Shown one piece after another: positions 8,348 to 17,219 of a stretch of 64,000 bases of DNA (positions are counted from its first letter, which is position 1; each line of letters opens with the position of its first letter). Origin of the DNA: Escherichia coli (GTDB taxonomy: Bacteria > Pseudomonadota > Gammaproteobacteria > Enterobacterales > Enterobacteriaceae); the NCBI RefSeq assembly GCF_003334765.1, contig NZ_QOWT01000022.1; one strand, given 5' to 3'. Below the pieces are notes generated by a model. That model saw only the letters and a list, made by a program, of their open reading frames with translations. It was not told the origin of the DNA and searched no databases. Both the position numbers and the translations under genes were made by a program.

Positions 8348-9426
8348 TGGCTAAAAAACTATATTTCGCAACTGATAAAAATATTTATGATGCATTACAT
8401 CATAAAAGGATAACCGCTGCAAAGTTGCATGAATTATTGTTGAATCGAGGTGTGTTTTTATCACCAGAACTCGACAAGGAAATACTAATCGAGGAAATAT
8501 CCAAACTTCCTCACGGATTTAATGAATTAGAACACATAAAAAAACTGGTCAAAACATATGACCCAAGGGAAAGCACTACTAGTGTGAGCTTCCAAACCTC
8601 AACAAATCAGGCCGAATTAAAAAGTGCTGCTGAAGCACTAAAAAAAACATGCTCCCCTAGTAAAGGTCAAAGCCTGAATATTGTAGCTAAAAAAGATGGC
8701 TCGCTTACAGTAGAATACAAATATGAAGAAATAGACCTGTCTAAAACTGCATTACGTCAGATCGACAAGCGGAATGTTATAATAGAACTTCGCCCTGGAG
8801 CTGACAAAGTTGAAGTACGTATGCCTCAAAACCCCGAGGCAAAAAAAGTTATTGAGAGCTTGCAAAACGAGCTATCTAAAATCAAGTCCGAACCTATCGA
8901 GCGCTTCGAAATATCATTACTAGCAATAACTGATCCTACATTGCGAAGTCAGTTTTTTCAGGAATTAATGAATGGTCTACGCGGTTATGAGACTGATGAC
9001 GTAACAAAAGTCGAATTAAATCGCAGTACTGATGCTAGTGAGGATGAAGACAAGGAAGAAACTATTGATACCGGATTTGTTAAGAAAGCCGTCCTTAATG
9101 GTGAAGGGGTAAATAGTTCAGCTATATTTTCTCAACTACATGAGAAAGGTTATTATATCGGGCGTATTGCATGGTCTTCAAAGCCGACAAGTGGAATTGG
9201 AGACAGAATCAACGTCGAAGCATTTTTCAAAGACTCAGAAAAATGCTGTGACTTTGCCTATCAAATTAAAGGTATAAACAATCAAAAAGAAGACGGTTTC
9301 AATGTAACCATTCGCGCGGCAACGGCACAAGAGAAAAAACATATTAGTGAATTAATTGAGTCCGCCGCTGAAAATGCCTATAATATAATAATAGGATCAG
9401 AGGTGAACGAAGATGAAAAAGGTTAA
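8347..9426 (+). CDS. Hypothetical protein B, 359 aa (second gene of three-gene cargo operon)
   Basis: ORF coupled to gene A by a 1-nt overlap and to gene C by a 14-nt overlap; acidic stretch DASEDEDKEE; no recognisable domain. Confidence 0.7.
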   Translation: MAKKLYFATDKNIYDALHHKRITAAKLHELLLNRGVFLSPELDKEILIEEISKLPHGFNELEHIKKLVKTYDPRESTTSVSFQTSTNQAELKSAAEALKKTCSPSKGQSLNIVAKKDGSLTVEYKYEEIDLSKTALRQIDKRNVIIELRPGADKVEVRMPQNPEAKKVIESLQNELSKIKSEPIERFEISLLAITDPTLRSQFFQELMNGLRGYETDDVTKVELNRSTDASEDEDKEETIDTGFVKKAVLNGEGVNSSAIFSQLHEKGYYIGRIAWSSKPTSGIGDRINVEAFFKDSEKCCDFAYQIKGINNQKEDGFNVTIRAATAQEKKHISELIESAAENAYNIIIGSEVNEDEKG

Positions 9427-10096
9427 ATGGCTTAAGTTAAACATACGGCTTGAGTTTGAAACAGCCGTTAGACGTCTTTCTCTTGATTCTTTTACAGAGG
9501 ATAAAGGGAAAGGGTTCATTTTTGATAAAATACGCCATGATTTTGCAAATGGTCGCTTTGTCGAGCGTATTGTTTATCATGATAAAATATTAAGCTTTGA
9601 CGGAAGCGAAACTACCGTTGAAAGAATCGAATATCGCACCACAAATTTTAGCGTGGCTTTAGACTCTCTTCCTGTAATGCAGATTACTAACCCACCCAGA
9701 ACTTTAAAGCCTTTTTCGCAGGCTTTGGTAAAAAATCTTGGCTTAGGTGTTAGTTTGGAAGAAATTGACATAAACCCTATAGACTGGCTTAATGAAATAT
9801 CTTCAAGTGTAAATATCAATTTAACACAACTTGATATTTCAAGGGTTAGAGTTTCTGATTACGCCACAGCTAAAATGCAAATAATTGGCAGCAATGATCT
9901 TAGGAAGTATTATAAAGAAGAATTAGAGGGTAAAAAAATAAGAATTGACAGGCTTGTTTGCTCTGTTAATTCATTAGAATATTCCGGTAAGCTCAAGATC
10001 ACCAATAGCGGCCTTGCTTATATTGATGTTAGAAATGAGAATGAGTTTACGAAAATCGTTTTTGATACGTTAAAAAAAGTCACCCTTCAATCATAG
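9413..10096 (+). CDS. Hypothetical protein C, 227 aa (third gene of three-gene cargo operon)
   Basis: ORF starting inside the end of gene B; followed by a strong hairpin; no recognisable domain. Confidence 0.65.
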   Translation: MKKVKWLKLNIRLEFETAVRRLSLDSFTEDKGKGFIFDKIRHDFANGRFVERIVYHDKILSFDGSETTVERIEYRTTNFSVALDSLPVMQITNPPRTLKPFSQALVKNLGLGVSLEEIDINPIDWLNEISSSVNINLTQLDISRVRVSDYATAKMQIIGSNDLRKYYKEELEGKKIRIDRLVCSVNSLEYSGKLKITNSGLAYIDVRNENEFTKIVFDTLKKVTLQS

Positions 10097-10152
10097 ATGG
10101 CTTATAAGGAGTTACTTCACCTAACGCCTCGCCTTACTCGTTGTTCAACCTC

Positions 10153-10183
10153 GTAGGCGTCAGAATCAAGTTCTGACGCCTAC
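10153..10183. terminator. Bidirectional stem-loop between cargo operon and DinI-like gene
   Basis: 13-bp perfect inverted repeat GTAGGCGTCAGAA-(TCAAG)-TTCTGACGCCTAC. Confidence 0.6.
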
Positions 10184-10191
10184 AATGTTTC

Positions 10192-10425
10192 TTAATGCAG
10201 CCAGCTATCGTCCTCCCAGACCTGCTGCATTATTTCCATCACTCGCTTTTTGTCTTCATCCAGTTTTAACCCGCTCAGCTCAACGCCATTGGCGCTGCCC
10301 TTACGGATACGAATTGCTGTTTTGGGATACAGAGGGCGCAAATTACGGTAAAGCTCGGATTCAAGGGCGTCCAGGGTAGACTGGCTAATCTTCTGCTCTT
10401 TATCGATCATTATTTCAATGCGCAT
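10192..10425 (-). CDS. DinI-like protein
   Basis: ORF 10192-10497; internal Met begins MRIEIMIDKEQ..., 77 aa, alignable by eye to E. coli DinI (MRIEVTIAK...WESADDW); downstream of a LexA box. Confidence 0.7.
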   Translation of the reverse strand: MRIEIMIDKEQKISQSTLDALESELYRNLRPLYPKTAIRIRKGSANGVELSGLKLDEDKKRVMEIMQQVWEDDSWLH

Positions 10426-10435
10426 AAAAGCCACC

Positions 10436-10624
10436 TCAGCTGATGACATCCATTGAGCGGTTGTATTCGTGGGTTCTGATTTTTGCCATGAGTTCATCTG
10501 TCAGTTCAGAAACCCACTGCAGAGCCAGCCCCTTCTCTTCATCACTACACTCACTAGCCGCTACAAGCTTAAGAAAAAAATCAATGCGCTGGAGCTTCAA
10601 AGACTCCAAAAAATAGTCCTGCAT
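10436..10624 (-). CDS. Small protein, 62 aa, first gene after the LexA box (possible Tum-like antirepressor)
   Basis: ORF ~40 bp downstream of the LexA box; position corresponds to the SOS-controlled tum module of 186-like phages; functional call is by position only. Confidence 0.35.
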   Translation of the reverse strand: MQDYFLESLKLQRIDFFLKLVAASECSDEEKGLALQWVSELTDELMAKIRTHEYNRSMDVIS

Positions 10625-10664
10625 CTTTCCTCCTATGACACCAAAGCAACACTGTATACATAAC

Positions 10665-10683
10665 CACTGTTTGTATTTACAGT
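10665..10683. promoter_or_regulatory. LexA operator (SOS box) upstream of the tum-like/DinI-like module
   Basis: ACTGTTTGTATTTACAGTA fits CTG-N10-CAG; AT-rich promoter-like context. Confidence 0.7.
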
Positions 10684-10775
10684 ATATAATAATATTACTG
10701 ATGTAAAACGTTTTTTACGTTCATCAGCCTGATATGCCTGGTATTATTAAGAGCACGAATTGTTAACCTGCGTAA

Positions 10776-13190
10776 TTAATACAGGTTCCGCCACTTATCA
10801 TCTTCCTGCAAACGCTGGTTCCGATAGAAGATACGCAGGCCTGCTCCTGACGGAATACTGCCACCACGTAGGAGTAAATCGACCTCTTTCTCGCTGCCAT
10901 CAAATCCTCTGGACTTCAGCTCATAGACGAGCTGCTGTCGCTGATGATCTGTAATTCGCTGTTTGTAGTCTTTACGCCGTTTCAGCTTAACTAGGCGTAA
11001 CCTCGCTGCCAGTTCCCGGCGCTCTTTTTTGCTCATACTGTGCAGGTAATCGTGCAATTCCTTGTCATCCATGCGGGTAATGTCCGTTCTGGTGTCCCCA
11101 TCAGCTGATTTATCTTTATCCTGTTGGTTCAAATTTTCAGCAAGGGGACAGTTATTGCCACGAGTCCAAGGGGCGCAAGCGCCCTGGTCGGCTGCCGCCT
11201 CCTGAACGTCAACGGCTTTACGAACCATTTTCCACTTCACTGCATGAGTGCAGATCTTGCCCTCTGCAATGGGTGACCAGATGCCATAAATACGAATGCC
11301 GTGATCGCCATAGGCGGTCGGCTCTTCGTTGATTTCATAAGCGGTTCTGATGAGGTGATATTTACGGGGAACCAGTACGCCGCCCTGCTTCATGATGTAG
11401 GTGGCAAAACAACCAGCATCAGCAGCAGCCAGAATGGCATCAAGACGCGGGTTATCCAGTACCGGCGCACCTGCTTTTTTGTCACCCTGTTGCCTTGCCG
11501 CCTGACCAGCCAGCAAGCGAAGTTCACGGTAAGCCTGACGCCCCGGAATACCAAAGAAGCGGAATTGCTGAACACGATGCAGAGACGCCCAGGCATTAAC
11601 GTATTCAGCGTTATCACGCAGGGATTTACCCGTTTCCTTGCTGATCTCGCCAGCCAGACCACGCCCGTCAATGTTCTTACTGATGTATTTCGCGATGTAG
11701 CTTGTTGGCGTACCTTTGCGCGGGTTTATCAGCTCAGACTTAAAGCGTGGCCCCGTGTTATTGCCCAGCTCCTCGCGGTCTTCACGGATGGCAAACTTAC
11801 GCAACAATGCAGTAATGGCGCGGCGGTCTTTTTTGCGCATGAAACACAACAGGTGCCAGTGAACTGTGCCGTCATGATGCGGTTCAGCCACCCGCACGCC
11901 ATACCAGCGCAACCCGGCTTTGTGCATAGCCTTACGAAATGCAGCAAACATGCCGACCAGATAATCGCTGCTTTGTCTTACCGTCGCGTTTGTCCAGGTC
12001 GGGTTTGGTCTGCCGTTATTGAGCGTGGAATGGAAACGCGACGGACAGGTGATAGTGTAGAAAACGGCACAGTCACTGCGCATTTCTGCGATAAGCTCCA
12101 GACCTTTAACACAGGCCATCATCTCATTGCGGCGATGCGCCGGGTTGCTGCTGCTGGCGTTTACCACATCCTCCATGTCCAGCGTGTCGCCGTCTTCGTT
12201 CACCAGTTCATGAGAACGGAAAAACTCCAGCGACTTACGGCGCTGCTCACGTTTATGCATCACGGCTTCATAGCTGACATAGGGAGATGCTTTTTTGCTG
12301 ACCAGGCAAACAGCACGCAACTGCTCTTCCCGCCATTCGCAACGCATCTTCCATAATTTCCGGTACCACCAATCGGCGCACAACATACGCGCCAGCGAAC
12401 CCGGAATGAGTTCATAGGGCACGGGTTTACGGCGGTTTCTTTTCCGACGAAGTTGCTCAAACGCAGGCGGGATAACATCCAGTCGCAGGGTTTCTGCTGC
12501 CACCTTTTCCCATGTCTTGCGGATTTCTTCTGGCTTAACATCATCGGTGGCGTACAAATCACCACAAGCGGCATCAAGACACATGCTCATATGCGCAGCG
12601 ACAAGAGTAGACAGGCGTTTCACCTGATCCTGACTCATTTCAGGCAGAATCAGCAGGCCGTCCAGCCCTACATGGCTTGCCATAAAACGAAAAGATGCAG
12701 ATAGCTGGCTGTCGCGTACATGCTCCAGTCGCTCCAAACATGGCTTAATCGTCTCACGCAAATAGCGGGAATAAGCCTTTGGCCTGCCCAGGCTGCTGAA
12801 GTATTCAATACGTTGCATCAGCGGCTTGCTGATATGGGAAGGCTGGGCATTGACGTCCGCCAGAATGACCATATCTGGATTAAAACGCTGCTGCTCATGC
12901 GCCAGCTTTGCCCGACTAATGAGCTTATCCTGCTCCATTTCGCGCTGGACAGGATCACGGGATTCATTAAAGAAATAACGCTCCCAGACCTGATCACTCA
13001 GTGCCTCGCGGCGCAGGTGTTCCTGTTCGTTATCGGCAGCGTACAGAGCGATCAGGTTTGAAAGCGCAGAAACCGGCGCAACTTCCGCCGGGTCCAGATA
13101 AGGGTTAATGGCCTTTTTCGGGCTGTTCCATGAGAACGCTGCGGCAGCCTCGTTAAAGCCGCAGCAGTTGTTCATATCGGCATGGCTCAT
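10776..13190 (-). CDS. Replication initiation protein A (P2/186 gpA-like rolling-circle replicase)
   Basis: 804-aa ORF, the size and position of P2-family gene A; start overlaps Dam stop. Confidence 0.75.
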   Translation of the reverse strand: MSHADMNNCCGFNEAAAAFSWNSPKKAINPYLDPAEVAPVSALSNLIALYAADNEQEHLRREALSDQVWERYFFNESRDPVQREMEQDKLISRAKLAHEQQRFNPDMVILADVNAQPSHISKPLMQRIEYFSSLGRPKAYSRYLRETIKPCLERLEHVRDSQLSASFRFMASHVGLDGLLILPEMSQDQVKRLSTLVAAHMSMCLDAACGDLYATDDVKPEEIRKTWEKVAAETLRLDVIPPAFEQLRRKRNRRKPVPYELIPGSLARMLCADWWYRKLWKMRCEWREEQLRAVCLVSKKASPYVSYEAVMHKREQRRKSLEFFRSHELVNEDGDTLDMEDVVNASSSNPAHRRNEMMACVKGLELIAEMRSDCAVFYTITCPSRFHSTLNNGRPNPTWTNATVRQSSDYLVGMFAAFRKAMHKAGLRWYGVRVAEPHHDGTVHWHLLCFMRKKDRRAITALLRKFAIREDREELGNNTGPRFKSELINPRKGTPTSYIAKYISKNIDGRGLAGEISKETGKSLRDNAEYVNAWASLHRVQQFRFFGIPGRQAYRELRLLAGQAARQQGDKKAGAPVLDNPRLDAILAAADAGCFATYIMKQGGVLVPRKYHLIRTAYEINEEPTAYGDHGIRIYGIWSPIAEGKICTHAVKWKMVRKAVDVQEAAADQGACAPWTRGNNCPLAENLNQQDKDKSADGDTRTDITRMDDKELHDYLHSMSKKERRELAARLRLVKLKRRKDYKQRITDHQRQQLVYELKSRGFDGSEKEVDLLLRGGSIPSGAGLRIFYRNQRLQEDDKWRNLY

Positions 13191-14044
13191 GCACGTACTC
13201 CGTACACGGCAGAACTATCCACGCCACGCGAATAATCAAATCCCACCCAGCAGCGCGGCCCGGAAACAGCAATGATTTCTGTTGCTGATTTACCCTCGCC
13301 AGCTGCCACACCGATGCTGCGTTTTACCTTGATATAGTGGTGAGTAAAATTGCGATACAGCGAACGGATCAGGGATGTATCACTGTTAGAAACAATGACC
13401 GGATGTCCTTCTGATGACCGATGTTCAAGAACGGATGCCAGGTGATACTGGTCATCTTCAGTGAAACCATCAGTGTGATAGCCGGAAAACGTACCGTCAT
13501 ACGGCGGATCGCAATACACCACATCCCCCGCCTTCAACATCGCCAGCGTTTCATCAAAGCTGGCGCAGATAAACGTTGCTCGCTGGGCTTTTTCTGCAAA
13601 TGCGCGAATTTCTTTTTCAGGGAAATACGGATTTTTATAATTACCGTAGGGAATGTTGAAATGCCCGCTCTTGTTATAGCGACATAAACCACGGTAACCG
13701 TGACGATTGAGATACAGGAAATATACCGCTTTCATGAAATCAGTAATTTCAGTTGAGTAATTAAACTCCTGCCTTATGTTGTAATAAGCCCCCCCCCTGT
13801 TTGCGATCTCAAATAAAACTCTGGCGCGAGATATAAACGATTCACAATCAGCAGCAACCTTTTTATAGAGGTTGATTAAATCAGGATTAATATCCGCAAC
13901 AAGATAGCTGGGGTACTCCGTCTCCATCATCACTGCACAGGAACCCGCGAAAGGTTCAACCAGTCGCGGGCCAGCAGGAAGATGCTTTTTCAGTTCGGAC
14001 ATAATGGCGGTTTTATTTCCCGCCCATTTCAGGATGGTGCTCAT
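13187..14044 (-). CDS. DNA adenine methyltransferase (Dam-like, D12 class)
   Basis: ORF 13187-14104; start chosen at internal Met ([11 protein letters not shown]...); motifs EPFAGSCAV and DPPY typical of Dam-type N6-adenine methyltransferases. Confidence 0.85.
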   Translation of the reverse strand: MSTILKWAGNKTAIMSELKKHLPAGPRLVEPFAGSCAVMMETEYPSYLVADINPDLINLYKKVAADCESFISRARVLFEIANRGGAYYNIRQEFNYSTEITDFMKAVYFLYLNRHGYRGLCRYNKSGHFNIPYGNYKNPYFPEKEIRAFAEKAQRATFICASFDETLAMLKAGDVVYCDPPYDGTFSGYHTDGFTEDDQYHLASVLEHRSSEGHPVIVSNSDTSLIRSLYRNFTHHYIKVKRSIGVAAGEGKSATEIIAVSGPRCWVGFDYSRGVDSSAVYGVRA

Positions 14045-14268
14045 ACAGCACCTCCGTTGTAATGTTTGCCTTTCAGCTCTGCGATTTCCTGACAGGTAAT
14101 GCAAAGCTGCACACCCGGAATGGCACGGCGGCGTGCTGGCGGAATTGGCGCTTCACACTCAATGCAAAGCACGCGGGACACGCCCGGCGTTTTGGCACGG
14201 GCAGCACGGATATGACGCTGGCGTTCTTCTTCAACGCGCTGCTGTACGAGATCCATTGCATCAGCCAT
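14041..14268 (-). CDS. TraR/DksA-family C4 zinc-finger protein
   Basis: 75 aa with CIEC...CITC cysteine pairs. Confidence 0.7.
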   Translation of the reverse strand: MADAMDLVQQRVEEERQRHIRAARAKTPGVSRVLCIECEAPIPPARRRAIPGVQLCITCQEIAELKGKHYNGGAV

Positions 14269-14507
14269 TAGTGGATCTCCTGCGCTTCGTTCTGGATTGC
14301 TTCAGCTGCCACACGCAGCAGTTCAGCCGCTTCAACGTGGTTTAGCTGGCGGGATGTGATATGGCACGCAAGGCTATCAAGGCGAGCTGCCATTGCTTCA
14401 GCTCTTGCCCGACGTTCTTCCAGACGAGCCTCTGTCAGTAAAATATTAAGTCCTGCGTCATCCGGTCCGGTTTTAGTCGAGAGGGTTTCAATATTACGCA
14501 TAATCAA
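14268..14507 (-). CDS. Hypothetical phage early-region protein, 79 aa
   Basis: ORF packed in the early operon between the TraR-like gene and upstream genes. Confidence 0.5.
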   Translation of the reverse strand: MIMRNIETLSTKTGPDDAGLNILLTEARLEERRARAEAMAARLDSLACHITSRQLNHVEAAELLRVAAEAIQNEAQEIH

Positions 14508-14568
14508 TTCTCCTGAATTTAGATAAAGGAATGCCCGGCGGGTTTACGCCATGAATTTCATTAATTGG

Positions 14569-14910
14569 TTAATTCGGCATGGCTAGCCGTCTGGGAAATA
14601 AGCTCACCACTGCACGAAGATGATTCATTACTTTAATCAACTCCCGCTTTTCGTCAGTGGTCAGCTCATTAATGCTGATGCTATGACGTTCAGCTGGAAT
14701 TTTTGCTATAAAGAATATAGCAGCCAGTGCTCGTTTATTTCGTTCATAATTAATATCCCGTGGATCACGCATATCTTTAATAAACCGCTCAAGCTCTGAC
14801 TCAATATTCAGGCCAAAAACTTTCGCCCTTAACTCTGCAATGTGATTAAGTCCATTCAGGCGTTCACCGGGGCTTAATGGAACAGTTGCTGCAGCGCCAT
14901 TAATTGCCAT
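14569..14910 (-). CDS. Hypothetical phage early-region protein, 113 aa
   Basis: ORF in early operon; no recognisable domain. Confidence 0.5.
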   Translation of the reverse strand: MAINGAAATVPLSPGERLNGLNHIAELRAKVFGLNIESELERFIKDMRDPRDINYERNKRALAAIFFIAKIPAERHSISINELTTDEKRELIKVMNHLRAVVSLFPRRLAMPN

Positions 14911-15027
14911 ACTTCATATCCCCCAAACGCAGCTATCGTTCTTTGTTCTTACGGTAACGCTCAAGAGGAGATACATTTTTTCGTATCGTCTCTTTAACCT
15001 GCTCTCCCCGTAAAAACGTCCCATCCT

Positions 15028-15324
15028 TTAACGTGAAAAAGTAACTGCCATCGCCCGACAATGACGGATAGCAACAGAGCAAATCATCTTCAGGTACTGA
15101 ATAACTCTCCCCTCTGTAACGAAACTGATAAACCACTTCACTTTCTGCCGCATACATTTGGACTTTCTCCGTTTCCTCGTGGTCAATTCAGACAGCAATT
15201 CATCTTGTGAATGACATGGATGCCAGCGTTTTCCATCCTCACCCGTGATCCAGCCGTGACCGTAGTGCATTGCCGGGCTTTGTTTTACCAGCAGCGATGC
15301 AAATGATGGTTCTTTCGTCAGCAT
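15028..15324 (-). CDS. Hypothetical early protein immediately downstream of cII (candidate Fil/Dhr-like); boundaries uncertain
   Basis: ORF 15028-15354 with start placed at internal Met (MLTKEPSF...); overlaps a second out-of-frame ORF 14933-15157, so only one is likely real. Confidence 0.35.
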   Translation of the reverse strand: MLTKEPSFASLLVKQSPAMHYGHGWITGEDGKRWHPCHSQDELLSELTTRKRRKSKCMRQKVKWFISFVTEGRVIQYLKMICSVAIRHCRAMAVTFSR

Positions 15325-15331
15325 AAGCACC

Positions 15332-15841
15332 TCACAGCAAACCGAATGAAGCACCGAGGCCAGTCACGGTATCAACTGCACTCGCCATCGCAGGATTAGC
15401 CTGTAAACGGGCCTGCAATGAAACAGCAGCCAGCGCCATCAGTCGTGTTACAGAGTTAATGCTGCTGATAGCATCACGACGACCGGCACTAGTTTTTACA
15501 TCACCAGATACCGCACCTGCTGCAACACGCCCGATCTCTGCAGTTGCGCTCATGACGTAATGCGGCAGTTTCTCTTTTGCTACCTCATTAATCGGTACAC
15601 ATGGCAGACAATGAATCTGTGCCAGAAAACCATCTACCAACGTTGAATCTTCAGTCAGATCGGTAAGCAGCCAGATTTCTGGTGCGGTTAATAAATGAGG
15701 TTGAGCTGGGTTCAGCTTGTTCCGCAGAATCTGCACATTCATGCCCGCACGTTCTGCCAGTTGCACCAGATTGTGGCGCAGTGCGAATGCACGACAGGCT
15801 TCATCAAAATGTGGATGTTTGGAAACTTGGTAATCAAACAT
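15332..15841 (-). CDS. cII: Phage regulatory protein CII (186-type, CP76 family)
   Basis: ORF 15332-15850; start at [19 protein letters not shown]... gives 169 aa; sequence matches what I recall of 186 CII. Confidence 0.75.
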   Translation of the reverse strand: MFDYQVSKHPHFDEACRAFALRHNLVQLAERAGMNVQILRNKLNPAQPHLLTAPEIWLLTDLTEDSTLVDGFLAQIHCLPCVPINEVAKEKLPHYVMSATAEIGRVAAGAVSGDVKTSAGRRDAISSINSVTRLMALAAVSLQARLQANPAMASAVDTVTGLGASFGLL

Positions 15842-15905
15842 GGTTTTCAACTCCGAACTTATCGCAAAATCGAACTCAGCGTCTTATTGCGAAAATAGAC
15901 GTCTA

Positions 15906-16109
15906 TTAAGCAGACAAAGCATCAACAGTCAGAGCAGCCAGGTTAATCATTACCTTTTCACGTTTTTTGTCTTTACGAAGACGATGACGAGGTAGTCGGC
16001 CATCAGCCAACATGTCGTTAATCGTATCAATAGAAAGGCCAGTCAGTTCGCTATAACGTTCGATTGTGACATGTGGTGTATTCAGAGTAATTGAAATGTT
16101 AGGTGTCAT
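15906..16109 (-). CDS. Apl/Cox-like excisionase and transcriptional regulator
   Basis: 67-aa ORF divergent from the repressor gene, first gene of the early operon. Confidence 0.6.
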   Translation of the reverse strand: MTPNISITLNTPHVTIERYSELTGLSIDTINDMLADGRLPRHRLRKDKKREKVMINLAALTVDALSA

Positions 16110-16254
16110 AAGGCAACATTCCTTCTAGATATGGCTTGTGGCGAGCCGTTGTTTGTCGTGATTAGTAGTGAAGGCTCCAAAAGAACACTTCTGGTTCAAC
16201 TTTAAGATCGCTTTTGGAATCTGTCAACGAATTTTGGATTTCTTTGGAGGACTT
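16110..16254. promoter_or_regulatory. Lysis-lysogeny switch region between apl and cI
   Basis: Intergenic region between divergently oriented apl-like and CI-like genes; operators and promoters expected by analogy with 186 but not mapped. Confidence 0.5.
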
Positions 16255-16824
16255 GTGGATTTCAATAGCGGCGGTAAGAAAGCCATAGAACGTTTAGTTG
16301 AAGCATATGGGTTCGGTACCCGTCAGGCTCTATGTGATCATTTAGGTGTTTCTAAGAGCACCATGGCAACGCGCTATATGCGTGATATTTTTCCAGCAGA
16401 TTGGGTAATCCAGTGCGCCCTTGAAACGGGCACCTCGCTTAATTGGCTAACAACAGGGCATGGTTCAAAGCAAGCATCAGCAAATACAAATACTATAGAA
16501 GTAGAAAAATATTTATTGTCTGATGGAGCATTGCAGAAAGACGGTTTTTATATTTTTGATAAGGGATTTCTACCCTCTACGTTTAAAAAACCTTTTGTCA
16601 TCACAGATAACAATTCTGAATTTATTTGTGATAAAGAATTTGATGATATACGTGATGGTAAATGGGTAATAAGTATTGATGGCGAAATAACGATCCGTGA
16701 CATTACTCGTTTACCCGGTGGAAGAATCTTCGTCGAGGGTGGAAACAGAGCCTTCGAATGCAAGATAGAAGACATTGAAATAATTGGTAAAATTATAAGT
16801 TTAACAGTCAAGTATGTTAAATAG
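16255..16824 (+). CDS. cI: Immunity repressor (186 CI-type)
   Basis: ORF 16168-16824; start placed at GTG 16255 preceded by GGAGGA; product ...ERLVEAYGF...QCALETGTSLNWLTTG... fits the 186 CI N-terminal HTH region; length ~189 aa. Confidence 0.7.
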   Translation: MDFNSGGKKAIERLVEAYGFGTRQALCDHLGVSKSTMATRYMRDIFPADWVIQCALETGTSLNWLTTGHGSKQASANTNTIEVEKYLLSDGALQKDGFYIFDKGFLPSTFKKPFVITDNNSEFICDKEFDDIRDGKWVISIDGEITIRDITRLPGGRIFVEGGNRAFECKIEDIEIIGKIISLTVKYVK

Positions 16825-16839
16825 TACCGGGAGGAAACT

Positions 16840-17031
16840 ATGCTTGGTAAGGTATTTTTTGTGGTTTTGTCATGTTCTTTGTTATTAAACCCACTAACTA
16901 CCTATGCTAGAAATTATCCCTGCTCAGGGAAAAAGGGAGGTGTTTCTCACTGTACCTCAGATGGCAAATTCGTTTGCAATGATGGAACTATTAGTAAATC
17001 CAAAAAAATCTGTACTAAAAACTCACGATAA
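16840..17031 (+). CDS. Small cysteine-rich secreted peptide, 63 aa, between cI and int
   Basis: N-terminal hydrophobic signal-like segment [23 protein letters not shown] followed by ~40 residues with four Cys; AT-rich. Confidence 0.45.
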   Translation: MLGKVFFVVLSCSLLLNPLTTYARNYPCSGKKGGVSHCTSDGKFVCNDGTISKSKKICTKNSR

Positions 17032-17219
17032 CTTTTGCTTTTATATCTGCGTCTAAAATAAAAATGAGCCGCAGGTTAACCGCAAAAGTTACATGCTCAC
17101 ATAGCAAAAAGAATAGCCAACTTAATTATGGCTTCAGTGAGATGTATGGTCGTAGGATTTCATACATTGACACTGGTTATACATACAGTGAAAATGCTCT
17201 CTACTGGAGGGCATTTTTT

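Noticed and set aside
7346-10096. Assignment of the three-gene operon to ATPase-based defence families (PARIS, Gabija, Septu, AbiE-like, OLD)
   Set aside because: No Walker A P-loop, toprim or nucleotidyltransferase motif is visible in any of the three proteins, so the operon is left unassigned rather than given one of these names.
11301-12356. 351-aa plus-strand ORF
   Set aside because: Entirely antisense within the replication protein A gene; no independent support.
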